From contig NC_087436.1 of the NCBI RefSeq assembly GCF_036321535.1, forward strand, positions 56,608,001-56,672,000: a DNA stretch of 64,000 nt, written 5' to 3'. The position numbers and the translations under genes are program-made. The DNA comes from Camelus dromedarius (taxonomy: Eukaryota). Below are positions 13,568-26,880 of this stretch, in pieces. How positions within the stretch are numbered: the stretch's first letter is position 1; every line of letters begins with the position of its first letter. The notes under the pieces are model-generated. The model did no database searches. It was not told where the DNA came from and saw nothing but the letters and a program-made list of their open reading frames with translations.

Positions 13568-14048
13568 CAGGGGTGATTAGCCTGAAGTCCACAGACCCGC
13601 AAAAGGTTCTTACACAGAAGGCAGGACAGAACTTGAATGGGGGGAAATATTTTATGTTTTTATGAACGTTTAGCTGAATTTAGCATTTCCTTTAGTTATA
13701 AAAGTAGGCAACAAATCACAGTACCAACATCTGTGACCTTCTCATCAGTGGAAATCCCAAACATTTTCATATTATATCTTAGTCAATACAGATATCTCAG
13801 AGTATAATTTACTCATTAACTATTTTGAAATTAAGGTAGTCATGCCACCTGCCAGCTTGTTTAATGCACAATAAAGACATATTATATTCCTACTGTGTTT
13901 TATATATTCTAAAAACCACATCTTAACTGGTTTCTTCTATAACTATGAATTATTTTTATTTAAAAATTACCTTGAAGAGAGGCGGGGATCCGTAGGCTTC
14001 CCTAGTTTGCCAAAGGGATCCATAGCACAAAAAAGAAAGAACTGCTCT
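13568..14048. mobile_element. MER113-like hAT-Charlie DNA transposon
   Basis: gctgaatttagcatttcctttagttataaaagtaggcaacaaatcacag...ggatccgtaggcttccctagtttgccaaagggatccatagcacaaaaaag. Confidence 0.8.
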
Positions 14049-14087
14049 GAAGTATGAGGGAAAATAACTTTTAAAAAATAAAGCTAG

Positions 14088-14242
14088 GTGGGGAGGGTAT
14101 AGCTCAAATGGTAGAGCACATGCTTAGCATGCATGAGGTCCCGGGTTCAATGCCCAGTACCTCCTATAAGAATAAATAAATAAATAAACCCACTTACCTC
14201 CCCGCCAAATTAAAAAAAAAAAAACAAAAAAAAAACTTAAAA
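14088..14242 (+). mobile_element. Vic-1-type camelid tRNA(Ala)-derived SINE, full length
   Basis: ggggagggtatagctcaaatggtagagcacatgcttagcatgcatgaggtcccgggttcaatgcccagtacctcc with Pol III A/B boxes, (AAAT)n, cacttacctcccc and an A tail; TSD aaaaaataa(a/g)gctag at 14073-14087 and 14243-14257. Confidence 0.9.
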
Positions 14243-14649
14243 AAAAAATAAGGCTAGAAGGATTATGTTGTAATCTTCCCCCATTCTCTCAATTCTTTAG
14301 TCAAAGTCTGCTGCATACAAGAGCCCTTGTGTTCCAGGTAAAGTGGGGACTGATATTCTAGCAACAAGAAGAACCAAGAGGAAGGGAAATAAGCAAGTCA
14401 GGGGACAATCCTCTATGTGCTGTATGTAGGTTTCGACCGAAGGGCTGTAACAAATGGACAAGGAATACAGTATATCCTAGGACAGACCACAGCTGTTATA
14501 AAACTCCACTGACCACTACCTTTTGCTTTGTTTCTAGGGCTGCTTCTCTTCTCTCCAGCCCTTCCTTACTTCCTATTCCCACACCTGTCAATCCTGTGTC
14601 AAGGTCAACCCACAGAAACGAAAAAATAAAAACCAAAATTTTGAAACAC

Positions 14650-16045
14650 ACCAGAAAAACCCTCTTACTTTATCACGCCCTATCACACCTAATTACCAAC
14701 GTGCCTCTGTGCCCACCTTCCCTGACCGAATCAACAGTCTGCGCCTCTCCAAGACCCCCTCCTCAGCCCCGGGGTCCTTTTTTTGCACTAGATCCCACCT
14801 CCAGGGGCCACCTCAAGGACAGCACCACAGCAGTCCACACACCCCATCCCCCGCATCTCTTGACAGGATCATTCCTGAGCTGAATTTACTTTCATTTTTA
14901 AAAAACAAAATCAAAATCTTATTTTGGCCTCATTTCCCTTCCAAATACCACTCATCTCTCAGCTCCTTTTTCCCTTCAAGAGAACTGTCTATACTTGCTG
15001 CCTGCAAGTCCCTCCTCCACTCTTGCCCTCTCTTGAAACCAACCCAGTCATGCTCTCCCCTCAACACTACAGGCTGCTTTTGTCAAGGTCACCAGTTGAC
15101 CCTCCCTGTTGCTGAACTTTAAACAGGATTAAACTAAGATTATCAATTCCTTCTCCTTGAAATACTTTCATCACATGACTGCCTGAATACACACAAGGTC
15201 CTGACTGCCCTCTACCTCACTCCTCATATTCCTTTGCTGGTTTCTTATCTCCCCAGCTTCCAAACCTCAGAGTTCTCTAGGGCCAGTCTTCAAATTTCTT
15301 TTCTGTCTGCACTCATTCGCTATATGGTCTCATACAGTTTAACGGCTTTAGGCAAAACCTACATGAAACTAACGTAGGTTAATGAAACTCAAATTTATAT
15401 TCTCCAGCCACGCTCCTCCCAGGACTCCAGACTCACATATCCAGTTTAACTGACATCTATCACAACATGTCCAAAAGCAAACTCTTGATTTAACCCACAC
15501 CTTCACTTCTCAGCCTCCCTTTGGCCCCACAGATGGAAACTTCATCTTTGATCTGGGAAAGTCCTCGCACTTGTTCCTGACAGCTCCCTATTACTTATTT
15601 CCCACATCCCATTCAAATCCTTTCAGTTCTCCCTGTGAAACACATTCTGTGTGTTTTACTTTTTCTCCCCTGCCTCGCTGGCTCACCTGGGACTGCTGCA
15701 GGGGACTCCAGCTCTCTCGATTGCCCTCCTTGGTCCTGACATTACTCCCCATGCAGCAGCCTGAATGATCTTTTTAAAGCCAATGACAACTCAGGTTACT
15801 CATTTGATTAAAGCATTCCAATGACTTTCCATATCACTAAAAATACAAGCCCAAGTCCTTAAGACTGCCTACAAGTCAGAACACGACCTAGCTGCCCACT
15901 GCCTTTCTGAATGCCCTCGTGGTCCCTTCCCCTTGGATCAGTCCACTCTGGGCACGTGGCCGCCTTGCCGGTCTTTAAGCACGTCAGTCACGTTACCACC
16001 TAGCTACCTGCACTTGTGCTTCACTCTGCCGGGACCATCTTCCCC
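14650..16045 (+). mobile_element. L2a LINE fragment
   Basis: C/T-rich; gtcaaggtcacca, actcaaatttatattctccagcc, ctccagactcacatatcca, caacatgtccaaaagcaaactcttgat are typical of the L2 ORF2/3' region. Confidence 0.8.
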
Positions 16046-17289
16046 CAAGAGAAAATGAAACGTACCTCACTCCTAATAAATGAAAATTGCTGCAGTGATT
16101 AATTCTTTAAATTAAACTTTTGCCTTTTTCTTATACATCTGTTACTAAAAAATGTCCCTGTTGTGTACTTGGGGGATTAATTAGAGAGAACTATTATATA
16201 TAGCAGTTCAATGAATTTTAATTTCCCTCCTAAAATGGCTTTCATAGATTCAGTGAAAAAGCATAACTGAAATTTAGCTTCACTTTTCTTTGAATCCCTA
16301 ACCGAATCCTACACTTATGACAGATAAGCTGGAATGGCATTTATTACCAATACTTCATCTATATTAAACTGGGAATTGCTTATGGTTGCTTTCACTGCAA
16401 TTTATAAGACACTTTTTAATATACTTGTTAAGGTAACAAAAATTAAATACAGGTTTCTAGGGAAGAAATAATTCTTCCAAATGTGTTCCCTATATCCTGA
16501 TCCTGTATTAAGTCAAAATAATAATACTGACTTGGCATTTCTTAAAAGTTTACATGTAAATAGACTAGATCCCAGTATTTTCATTTACACTCAGAATTTT
16601 AATCAAAAATTAGTTTTTGTAAAGTTTAAATAGAGAATATAAATGTGAGGTAGAAACTTTAGGTTGTGATTGAAACAAATGGGGGTCTAAGTTTTGAAAA
16701 CAGTCTTTCTTAGAAAAATAATTTCCTGGTTATTGTCGGTCTCACCTTTTCTAACCTAGCAATTTATTTTTAACTGCCTTAAAGTTCAACTTGAAATTAT
16801 TAATACAAATTCTTTCATGCAACACTCCACCCAATTATTTACTCTTTAAATTATGTACTTAAATCTTCTATGAAATATGTCATCTGTGGTAATATTTTTA
16901 TAAAATTCTAATTATCAACATTCTGTAATGATTTTCTTTTTCTCCTCCTTTAGTGTTACATTCTGTTTTGCTCTCTTCTTAGTTGGTGAAAGCAGAGAAG
17001 TCTTGCAAAAAGCTAGACCAGAGAACCAGGAAAATTACTAATCTAATTCTTCTCCCTCCTTCCCTTCTGGGTTTTCCCTGAGGAGGGGCACAGGTAGAAA
17101 TACACAGCTTCTAGGTTCTGGCCTACTATTATCCTCTCAGTCACATTCATTAATCTTACCAATCTGCACTCGTGATTAGTGAAAAATGTGACTCACTGAG
17201 AATTACCCAGTGATCAATATGAAACTGATTTGGAACCCAGTGCCATTACTTCTTTCTTTTTCCAGCAAGTCTTTCTTCCCTGGAGCAAA

Positions 17290-17732
17290 ATCCTACATCA
17301 AATTAGACTGCCTATGTCTGAGAGTGTGCACAGAATCCGGAGAGAGACAGAGAGGATGACAGAGAGAGTGGGGGGAGGGGAGGGAGAAAGAAGAGGGGTG
17401 GGGAGCAAGCAAGCATGAGCTGGCCTGGGTCCCATCTCCGCAGTCCTCTGAGGCAAGCTCCTCCACAAAGGACACTCCATCCCTCCAGCCCAGAGACGGG
17501 GTCAGGTGTGGAACTGACTTGAGTTCTCCCACACTTTCCCCAGATACTGTAATCCTGACCAGAGAAGGTGACCAGAGGGAAGTCATCCCCTTGAAGGACA
17601 TCTAAACACAGGTCAGCAAGCAACTGGCTCCATTCCAAAGCCTGGCTGTTCAGCTCTTCCTTTAAGCCACTCTGAATCTTCCCAATGAATCTGTTTTCCT
17701 TAAAATTGGTTTCTACTTCCTGTAACTATAAC
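17290..17732 (+). mobile_element. Old ERVL/MaLR-type solo LTR (LTR16/MLT1-like)
   Basis: The 3' end aatgaatctgttttccttaaaattggtttctacttcctgtaactataaca resembles an ERVL-class LTR terminus. Confidence 0.45.
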
Positions 17733-18544
17733 AGAGGAGGCTGGAGTAGGATGGAGGGAAGGATCAAGAAAAAGCACAATGGAAGATGATTCAAAATAAA
17801 GAGGTATTTTTACATTTACTATTTCTTCCATGTTTCTGGCTTGGGGTTACAGCCCCAGCTCCTCCGTCACTATTCCAACAAGACTAGAAGTGCATTATGG
17901 AACTGACAGAAGCATGAGGCGAGTATCTAAAATAAAGAAGGTGAGGGTGAACTTCATCTCAATGAGGCTCAGGGACAAAACGATTTAAGGATTTTTCATC
18001 CCGTTGTTGCTTACCAAAACACAAATGGAATTCATTCACCACACTTCTTTTGAAGAGCAGCTGATGTTTCCAAAAGCATTATGTAAAAGTTTCTAATGTA
18101 ATCTGTCATTGAATGGATAAACACATAAAATAAGCACCAAAAGATAAATCTTAAAACTCAACATTCTGATTAGTTAAAATAAACTTCCCTAAAAATCTAG
18201 CATATTATGACCAACATAACAACAAGGATAAAAGAACCCAAGTTCCATTATGTTATCGGTGAAGAATGGCACCATTACCATTCATTTGAAGTTAGACACG
18301 TGAAAGGAACCTGGACAGAAGAAACACATCAAAGACTCAGCGAAGCATGACTTCAAAAGTACAGCACAGATGTGAGCTGCTGGGAAAACAGCCCGCTCTC
18401 ATGCCACAGCTCAAACACAAGGTTGCTCCCTCACTTTCAAACTAGAAAAGTCGATGAATAGTATCACCACAAACTGTTTTCATAACTCCCATAGATTTAC
18501 CTGGCAAAGGTTTCTTTTTTGTTAACAGAATGACTAGGAATCAA

Positions 18545-18750
18545 CACAGTGTACAGGTAGGATCATGGACTCCAGAGTCTGGCTCCCAGGGTTCTCCAAC
18601 CTGACTACTTACTAGCTTTGTAAATAACACTGGACAAGTTATTTGCTATTTAACCATGCTGGAACTTGACTTTTTGAGAGTTGATATAAGTATTAAATGT
18701 GGTTGTATTTCAAACACTGAAACAGTAGCTGGCTCACAGTAAGTCCTACT
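18545..18750 (+). mobile_element. MIR SINE
   Basis: ggactccagagtctgg...acttactagctttgt...ggacaagttattt...acagtagctggctcacagtaagt. Confidence 0.65.
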
Positions 18751-19599
18751 TCTTGAAAATAATTAGAAGTTTTCCACTACTATCCAAGTCTCACATAAGA
18801 TCTGGGTATCACAGTAAATGGATAACTCTGTTTCCTAAAAACAGACATTAGTGTGTGTCTGTGTATATAAAATAAACGTATCATTAAAATTTAAACTATT
18901 GAACAGGACTGGGGGGCATCTTTATTAACAAAGATAAGTAGATTTTTTTCTTTGTCATTTTTCATCCTATAATTATCTCAGAGGAATCCTGGGGTTGAGC
19001 ATTCAATTCTAGTTTTTAAAATGTCCCGCAGCACAGTTACAGCTACTAAACGCATTCTCAGACTAAGTTTAATGACACAGAGTACAAAGCATGTTTAGAA
19101 AAACTATTCTCAGTTATTTTTACCATGGTTATTAATATCCAAGAAATGGTTAATTCCAGCGATTATATGTATTTGTAAATAACTGTGAGTTGTGGAAAAC
19201 GTACTCTTAAAATGGACAAAAATCATGGCTTAAAATATATGTTGGATACACTATTTAATAAGTCTTTCAGCGTTCTCTTTATTTTATACATCAAATATGT
19301 GTTTGTATTACAGAGTCTATTATGTCAAGATGATACAAGGCCCGTTTACAAGTACCTGCTAGTACACCAAGGGACATTTGCAGTCACAGGTTAAATGACA
19401 GCTTTGGATCATTCATTTTACTCAAAGATTTTGGAAGAATCTTGATATACACAAAAGTAGATTATGGAATATAAGGTAAAATTGTAAGTAATATTTAATA
19501 TACAATGGAATACATTAAAATGAAACTTTGTGCTTCAGGCTAATCGTCCAAGGTGCCTAGCGTGCTCCCTTGGTACTACAGGAACTCTTGGTTGTATCA

Positions 19600-20015
19600 T
19601 TGGTCTCTTTTCTCACTTCCCAACTGGGCCCAGTTTTCACTGGGGATATGGAATCCCAGAGACCTAACTGCATTCCCAGCCCCAGAGATGGAGTTTGCAG
19701 TCCAACTACAGTCTAATCAGAGTGAGTATGAGTACTCTCACTGGAGTCAGAGGTGAATGCACTTGGCTGCCACTCGGGACAGCAGGGCGTGATTTTGTAC
19801 AGCAATGAGGATACCCCGCCTGGGGAGGACACAAATGTGTGGGGCAGGGCAGAGTCCAGAGCACCTCAGAAAACAGAGCTGGTCTCCTTAACACCCTGAG
19901 CTTCCTGATCAAAAAAGTCTGATACCCTTAAACTTTTTGATTTTGTGAGCCAGTACATTGCTTTCATTGTTTAACAGAGTTTCAGATGCACTTTCTGTAA
20001 CGTGTAACAGATAAT
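19600..20015 (+). mobile_element. Old ERVL/MaLR solo LTR (LTR16/LTR33/MLT1K-like)
   Basis: Terminus gtgagccagtacattgctttcattgtttaacagagtttcagatgcactttctgtaacgtgtaac. Confidence 0.55.
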
Positions 20016-20759
20016 TTTGTGAAAAAGTTGAAAAAACATTGACTTAAAGTAAGAGCAAAGATATTTTTCACCCCTTGGTATTTGCTATTACTTGTCAGTG
20101 CCTCTTTCCCTCCCTACATTCTAGTCTAGTCTCTCCTCCCCCTCACTAGTCCTAGGTATTTGACATTAAGAATTCCTGCCAACCTGTTTCCATCTCTTCC
20201 TTTACAAACTGGCTTAAAACTTCCAAGACCCTGTCTGTGGCAGAGGCATTCCTGAATCACTCCACCAGAGTCTGAATAAAGGTGCACTGGTTTCTTTTGT
20301 GACGTTTGTTGCCATCCATATTCTATGGCCCTCCATATCCTAGGCCATTTTTTTCAATGTGAAGAGTTAATTCATGTTATTATAAGGGCTAAAAAGAACA
20401 TTAAAAAATAGTTATTCATGAACAATCTGGGTTTTTTTGAGTTTCATTTTCTTCCTGAAAAGCTGTACTTGAGAATGCATTTTTAATTTTTCCTAGACTT
20501 CCAAAACCTCCAAAGAAACACAAATCTTTATCTTCCCTTTTCCTCTTTGTTTCAGAGGAAAAATTCTCCTTTCTACCAATAAAGACCAATCTCCCCATCT
20601 AGACTTCTTTAATTGGTCTCATATTTAGAATTTTTTCACTCTTCTTATCCTTCCTTATGGCTTAACGCCTGTTTAAGTCTCTTCTTTCAAAAATTAAAAA
20701 AAGAATCCCACACCACATACCCTGACTCCCATCCAATTTTTTTTTCCTGCTTGGATAAA

Positions 20760-20862
20760 ATAAATTAACTTCACCTGTTTATTTTTTGCTTTTTGTAATG
20801 TGCTACTAAAATTATAAATTATATACATGGCTCACATTATATTTCTGCTGCATGGCACCGTC
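20760..20862. mobile_element. MER3/MER33-like hAT-Charlie end fragment
   Basis: aatgtgctactaaaattataaattatatacatggctcacattatatttctg. Confidence 0.6.
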
Positions 20863-21809
20863 TAAGAGACAACCAATATCAATATTTAACTGTGTCTCCT
20901 CTCCCCTCTGGCCACACTAAACCCAGTGCCTCCGACAGACAGTGCGTCTCCTGTCCTGCGTGTGTAACTCCCTATCTGTGGAATGCTGCTTCCTCCTCTT
21001 CTCTCAAGATGTGGTTCAAATGACACCTCATCCACAAAAGCCTTTTCCCACCTGCCGCCTCTTCCTTCCCTGGTGGAATTGTCTTCCTCCTCTGCAACCC
21101 ACTGTATAATTCACTGATTTCTACTGTAGACCTATGAAACTTGACTGCAGGTAAGCCTTTAAATAATGCAGTTTTTAAGGCAGCAATTTTTTTTTTTTAA
21201 TCACAAGCATGTGAAAAAACCAGTGTCTTCTTTTAAACAAGTTTTTAAATATTTAAGACAGAAAAAAACAAGTATTCACAAAAGGTCTTGCTAAGTAACA
21301 GCCTTATCCAGAAAAAAGAAATCTAGATCTAAGGTATTTGGATAGTCTCTGGTCTTCTGCCCACTGTTCCGAAGTTAGGAGGGCCATAAAAATGTGACTC
21401 CACATTTATGTGTCACGTGCCTTAGGGTTCTGAGATACCAAGAATATTCCTAATAACCTAACATTTACACCTCTCCGAAAATCCAATCCTAGTAAGTATT
21501 CTTATTTTTTCTGACAGAAAATGATCAATCAAAATGCACTACTATTTATAAATATCGCCTCGCAGATACCAGTTTCCATGTAAAATTACTTTAACCAATA
21601 TAAAAATGAGTATAAAAATGCTTCTCTAACTGTAAGAACAAATAATTGTCAATACTGCTTTGAAGGGAGCAGTGAATCAGTCCCTGTATTTTTATTTGAA
21701 AAAAAATAGAATTATCAGTTGCCCATATCAAGAAGAAAAAATCCTGTGAATTAGAATTTTTTAATTCAGAAAACTTACATGTTTGGTCTTTAAGAATACA
21801 GATTTAGGC

Positions 21810-21972
21810 AACACAGTACAGTAGTTAAGAGGAGGGGCCTTGGGGTCAGACTACCTGAGTTCACTTTAACTGTGAGGTTCTCGGTAAGTTACTTAACTCA
21901 TCATTTTTTTTTATTAAGGATTAAATAAGTTTATGAAGACAAATTAAAGGGTTAAAAGTGGCACACAGTAAA
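21810..21972 (+). mobile_element. MIR SINE
   Basis: gtagttaagag...ttggggtcagactacctgagttc...gtaagttacttaac...ggcacacagtaa. Confidence 0.7.
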
Positions 21973-22039
21973 TGGTGGGGGAAAAAAAAAGGTTCTTACC
22001 CTCCTGGGTCAAAAAAATCATAAATCATGCCAAAAATCA

Positions 22040-22850
22040 AACTAAGCAAATATTCCCAAATCATCACAAAGTACTATTTTTCCATAATATATTAAAAACT
22101 CCTAAAAAATAAAAACAAAGACCAGCAATGCATGAAAAATAATCAATATGAACAAAGATTTAACAAAAATTCAAATTAGTGGTTTTCAAGTATATGAAAA
22201 GATGCCAAATACTCATAAGAAAAATGCAAAGTAAAAACATTACAGAGACAGTATTTTTTCTTTATCAGCTTTGCAGAAGTTTAAGAATTTGATATTCACT
22301 GGTAACATACAGGAAGCAGGCACTCTCATGTATTCTGGGTGGGCATGGAAATGGGGACAAGCTCTGTGGTGTCCAACTCTATGCTCCAGGAAATGTTCCT
22401 GTAGTTACATGCACACATGTATATAAACAACAAATGACTAGAAAAATCAAATACACTACATTATATCCATACACTACATTATATCCAATAACTGCATGTA
22501 GCATTTAAAGGAATAATGCAGCTTTATATGCATTAATACGGAATGACTGACAACATATATTTAGTCAAAGCAAGATACAGAACAGTATGTGTAACTACTC
22601 AAACTTGAATTTAAAAGTAAGAAATATATATTTTATATATGCTTTATATATTTTTCTGTATCATGTAAATACATGTATATGAGTGTATGTGTATATATGT
22701 ACACACACACACGCACAGCCTCTGGAAGGAAAACAAAAATCTGGTCACAGTCATTGTCTCTGGGGAGGACATCAGAGTGGGTGGAAGACAAGACTAGGAG
22801 GAAGCTTACTTTTGTCCTTTGTTAGAATTATACCATGAGCTAAGAAACCT
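22040..22850 (+). mobile_element. Ancient L1M (L1MC/L1ME) 3' region
   Basis: tatgaaaagatgcc...aaaatgcaaagtaaaaac...ggcactctcat...ctggaaggaaaacaaaaatctggtcacagtcattgtctctgggg; includes a (TA/TG/CA)n tract at about 22625-22715. Confidence 0.7.
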
Positions 22851-23052
22851 AGTCACCCAGTAAATTAAATCATTTATTTTTTAAAAAGCAATTTCTAAGC
22901 ACTTTTTAAACTGCTGCACCAGGGCATTAACAAAGCATATATCCACACAGAAGGATTACATGTGAGCGTAAAAAACAAAAAACACCGTTCCATTTTTTCA
23001 GCAATCATCTCCTTTAAGTGACTCACTAAGGAAGATTTCTAAAGTAAGAGTA

Positions 23053-24345
23053 CCCTAAATAACACATCAGACCAGACGGACTTAATTGCTATCTGTAGAG
23101 CATTCCATCTGAAAGCAACAGAAAACACACTTTTCTCAAGTGCACATGGAACATTCTCCAGAATCAGCCACATGCTGGCCCACAGAGTCAGCCTCAGTAA
23201 ATTTAAGAAAATTGAAATCGTATCAAGTATCTTTACCGACCACATCACTATAAGGCTAGAAATCAACTATAACAAAAAAAACGCAAGAACTGCAAATACC
23301 TGGAAGCTAAAAATATGCTACTAAACAACCAATAGATCACTGAAGAAATCAAAGAGAAAATTAAACACATACTTTGAGACAAACGAAAACAAAAACAATG
23401 ATTCAAAGCCTCTGGGACGCAACAAAAGCAGTTCTCGGAGGAAAGTTTATAGCAATACAATCCTACCTCAGGAAACAAGAAAAATCTCAACAACCTAATC
23501 TTACACCTAAAGCAGCTAGAGAAAGAACAAACAAAACCCAAAGTTAGAAGAAATCGTAAAGATCAGAGCAGAAATAAATTTGACTAAAAAACAATTGAAA
23601 AGAACTAAAAGCTGGTTCTTTGCAAAGAAACAAAATTGATAAACCTTTAGTCAGACTTGAGAAAAAAGGCAGAGGGGTCAAATTAATAAAATAAGAAATG
23701 AAAAAGAGGAAATTACAACCAACACCACAGAAATGCATGGGATCATAAGAGGTTACTATATGCCTACAAAGAGGACAATGTAGGAGAAATGGACAAATTT
23801 CTTAGAAAGGTACAATTTGCCAAGATTGAACCAGTAAGAAACAGACAATACGAATAGACCAATTACCAGTAATAAAATTGAATAAAATTGAACCAGTAAT
23901 TTAAAATCTCCCAAACAAAAGTCCAGGACCAGATGGCTTCACAGGTTAATTCTACCAAACATTCAGAGAGGAGTTAACACCTATCCTTCTGAAACTATTC
24001 CAAAAAATTGCAGAGGAAGGAACACTTCCAAAATCATTCTACGAGGCCATCATTACCCTGATACTAAAACCAAAGATATCACAAAAAAAGAAAATTACAG
24101 GCCACCATCACTTATGAATATAGATGCAAAAATCCTCAGCAATATACTAGCAGAGCAACTCCAGCAATGCATTAAAAGGATCACACACCATAATCAAGTG
24201 GGATTTATCTCAAGGATGCAGAGATTTTTCAGTATCTGCAAATCAATGTGATAGATCACATTAACAAACTGAAGAATAAAAACCGTATGATCATCTCAAT
24301 GGATGCAGAAAAAACTTTTGCTAAAATCCAACACCCATTTATGAT
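23053..24345 (+). mobile_element. Internal L1 ORF2 fragment (endonuclease C-terminus to early RT), disrupted, with 13-bp TSD
   Basis: Translates to L1 ORF2 motifs ([38 protein letters not shown]...IQHPFMIK) with frameshifts; taaagtaagagta at 23040-23052 and 24345-24357. Confidence 0.95.
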
Positions 24346-26161
24346 AAAGTAAGAGTAGACTGTATACCAAGAAATGTTACTAAAATCATTTTCATTTGTA
24401 GTTAATTACCTAGTTAACTATCATCAATAGGAAACACGATGGCTTTTAAGTAGCTGATAATCTCTCATTTTAATAAAAATTAGCATGGTCTTAGGGGATA
24501 GAATCTTTAAATAGTAGAGTTTTACAGAACTCATACTTTATAAATATTCTCAATATAAATTGGCATCTAAAAATATGTAATTGCATCTCTCTCGCCATCT
24601 TTGCTTATCACCAAAGAGATTATTGCTATGACAATATAAAATATTTTGCCAAATAATTTATTGCAATTCTGAAAACTTGTTAACGTTACTAGAAGTTCAT
24701 TCCATTTTAAAAAAACATTTCTTTAAGAAAACAATTTCCAAGTGTTAGCACACATAGGGAATGACTCTGTAGTTGAAGATCCTGTGTGTACAATGCTGCC
24801 AAAAAAAGTCAACAAACCATGCCTAACATTTTAAACATGCTGTAAAGATAACCCTGCTGTTCCACAGAAAATTAGAACACCAACAGAAAACTCATGATGG
24901 TCAACATAACCAAAGATGACTCAGACAAATTAATAAAATCTGTGTGTCTTCCCAAACGTGCCTAGAAACTGCAAAAGAAAATGGTTGTCAAATGGAAAGG
25001 GCCTCATCCAGATGAGAAGAAGAGACTATTACCTATCTTTGAAGGGTATTTTCAAAGGAAAAAACAGAAACTGCACAAATTCCTCTGAGATTTTTTAATG
25101 TCAGCCTCTTTCTTAAGAACTGTTGGGTTCAATCAGTGGGGAAAAAAATGAGTCCCTTTTATTATCAAAATATCTAAAGCAGGCACTGCCATTTCCCTTC
25201 CAGTGTAAGGTATGAAAAGCTGCTAACTGTTGTGTTTTGGTGATGCTGAACTTTCTGTACTAAATAATCAGTGATCCAGAAAGTATAAAACACTCCCATT
25301 CTGGCAAACCATTTCATTGGTTCTGGTTCATAAGGTTCTAAACTATAGAATTTCATTTCCTAAGCCAAACCATCTCCCAGTCAAACAGGAGTCTAATGTC
25401 TTTGAACAGTTTTTCACTGCCTATGTCTAAGTCATACAAGATTCACACAGAAATTTTAAAGAGTCTCAAAGGAAGAAAAAGCTTCCCCTCGACTTTTCAA
25501 GCCAAAGAGGTGGGGGCATATGTTGTCAAGTGTGCAAAGTTGGAAGAAGGTGGGAAAAAAAGAACAGAAATGCCTAGGAATAGACAAGATAGTAGGACAA
25601 TAAGGAAAAAAAGGATAGGAGAGAAGGAAATAAGCAGACAATGAATACAACCTAGCGGAACTAGAGGGTCCCACAAACAAATCCGTACTTGTAAAGCTCA
25701 GGCAGGAGCCTTAGCTTCCAAGTTACTCAGATTCTCAATGACTTCCTGCAGGCTGTGGCCTCAGGGCGATCACCTGCAGATGCACACCAGGGACACAACT
25801 AGGCCACTGGCAGCCCACCGCAGCCTGGGAAATCTGTGTAAGCTGGTGATAGGCAAAACCCCAGGCATACTGGGAAATGACTGGCAATATTCATACCATG
25901 ATCAGCATATTTCAAGCATAGTAATACTTTTATCCTGTTTCGAACAATTCGTAAATATCAAAAAGATTTTTCTTCCATTTAATCAACAAAACCAAACACA
26001 CTTACCCTATAGGGGTAATTCTCAAGTACATCTCCATACAGTGAAGCATTTACCTTCTCAGCTTTCAAGGACAAGGAAAACCAGCCCACTGAGTATCAGG
26101 ATTATCTGGTCCCTATGTTTATAAACCTAAATATGCGTAACACTCAAATGTACACAGGACA

Positions 26162-26660
26162 GTTCATTCATTCGTAATTCACTCCCTCCCTCCCTCACAC
26201 ACATACACATTTAAGTATTTATTTTGTGCCCACTATGTGCTAAGAACGGTTCTAGGTCCATAATATGCTACAGAGTGAAGAGACAACAAATAACCCAACT
26301 GTATCATGAGAAACTTAAAATTCTATATGGACATAGCTAGCAACGGGAGCAGCGCTTAGCCTGGGGGTACGGAGGCCAGTGCGGGAATAGCAGGAAAGGT
26401 CAGGCTATAGGATGTACCTTTTGAGCTCAAATCTGAAGCACACGAAATTAATCAGCTGACAAAGGAAGGATGAGGAAAAGAGCATTTCAGGAGAGAATTA
26501 ACAAAGCTACAAAATTCCCCAAATATGGAAAGTAGCTTGGAAAGTTCAGGGAAAAGAAGAGGAATGAAGAGGGGATAATGGCCAGATAATGGGGCTGTTT
26601 TATGGGTCTTGTTAAGGATAGTATTTTCTTCACTCTAATAATGAAAGATTATTAAAGGTC
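26162..26660 (-). mobile_element. L2 LINE 3' fragment
   Basis: ttcattcattc...tatttattttgtgcccactatgtgctaagaacggttctagg...gagcatttcagg. Confidence 0.75.
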
Positions 26661-26671
26661 AAATGAAACAT

Positions 26672-26880
26672 GCTAATTACCATCATTTATTGATCACTAT
26701 GTGCCAGGCTCTAAACACTTCAGATTAATTAACTTTTAAAATCCTCATTATAATTCTACGAAGCAGGTACATTTTAAGGAAGAGGAAACCTAAAGCACAG
26801 AAGTTTCAAGTTAAAAAGTCACTGTAAATGCAGAGTGTGGATTTGACCTAGGCAGGTGACTTTTATAATCCCTTTCCACA
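26672..26880 (-). mobile_element. MIR SINE
   Basis: catttattgatcactatgtgccaggc...aatcctcattataattctacgaagcaggta...gaggaaacctaaagcacagaag. Confidence 0.8.

Noticed and set aside
14090..14163. tRNA-Ala-like gene
   Set aside because: Followed by the SINE body and A tail and flanked by a TSD, so it is a SINE head and not a tRNA gene.
22451..22486. Perfect 18-bp tandem duplication; also a 23-bp near-duplicate at 29068-29090 and 29097-29119
   Set aside because: Ordinary local slippage or duplication with only two units; not an array and not CRISPR-like.
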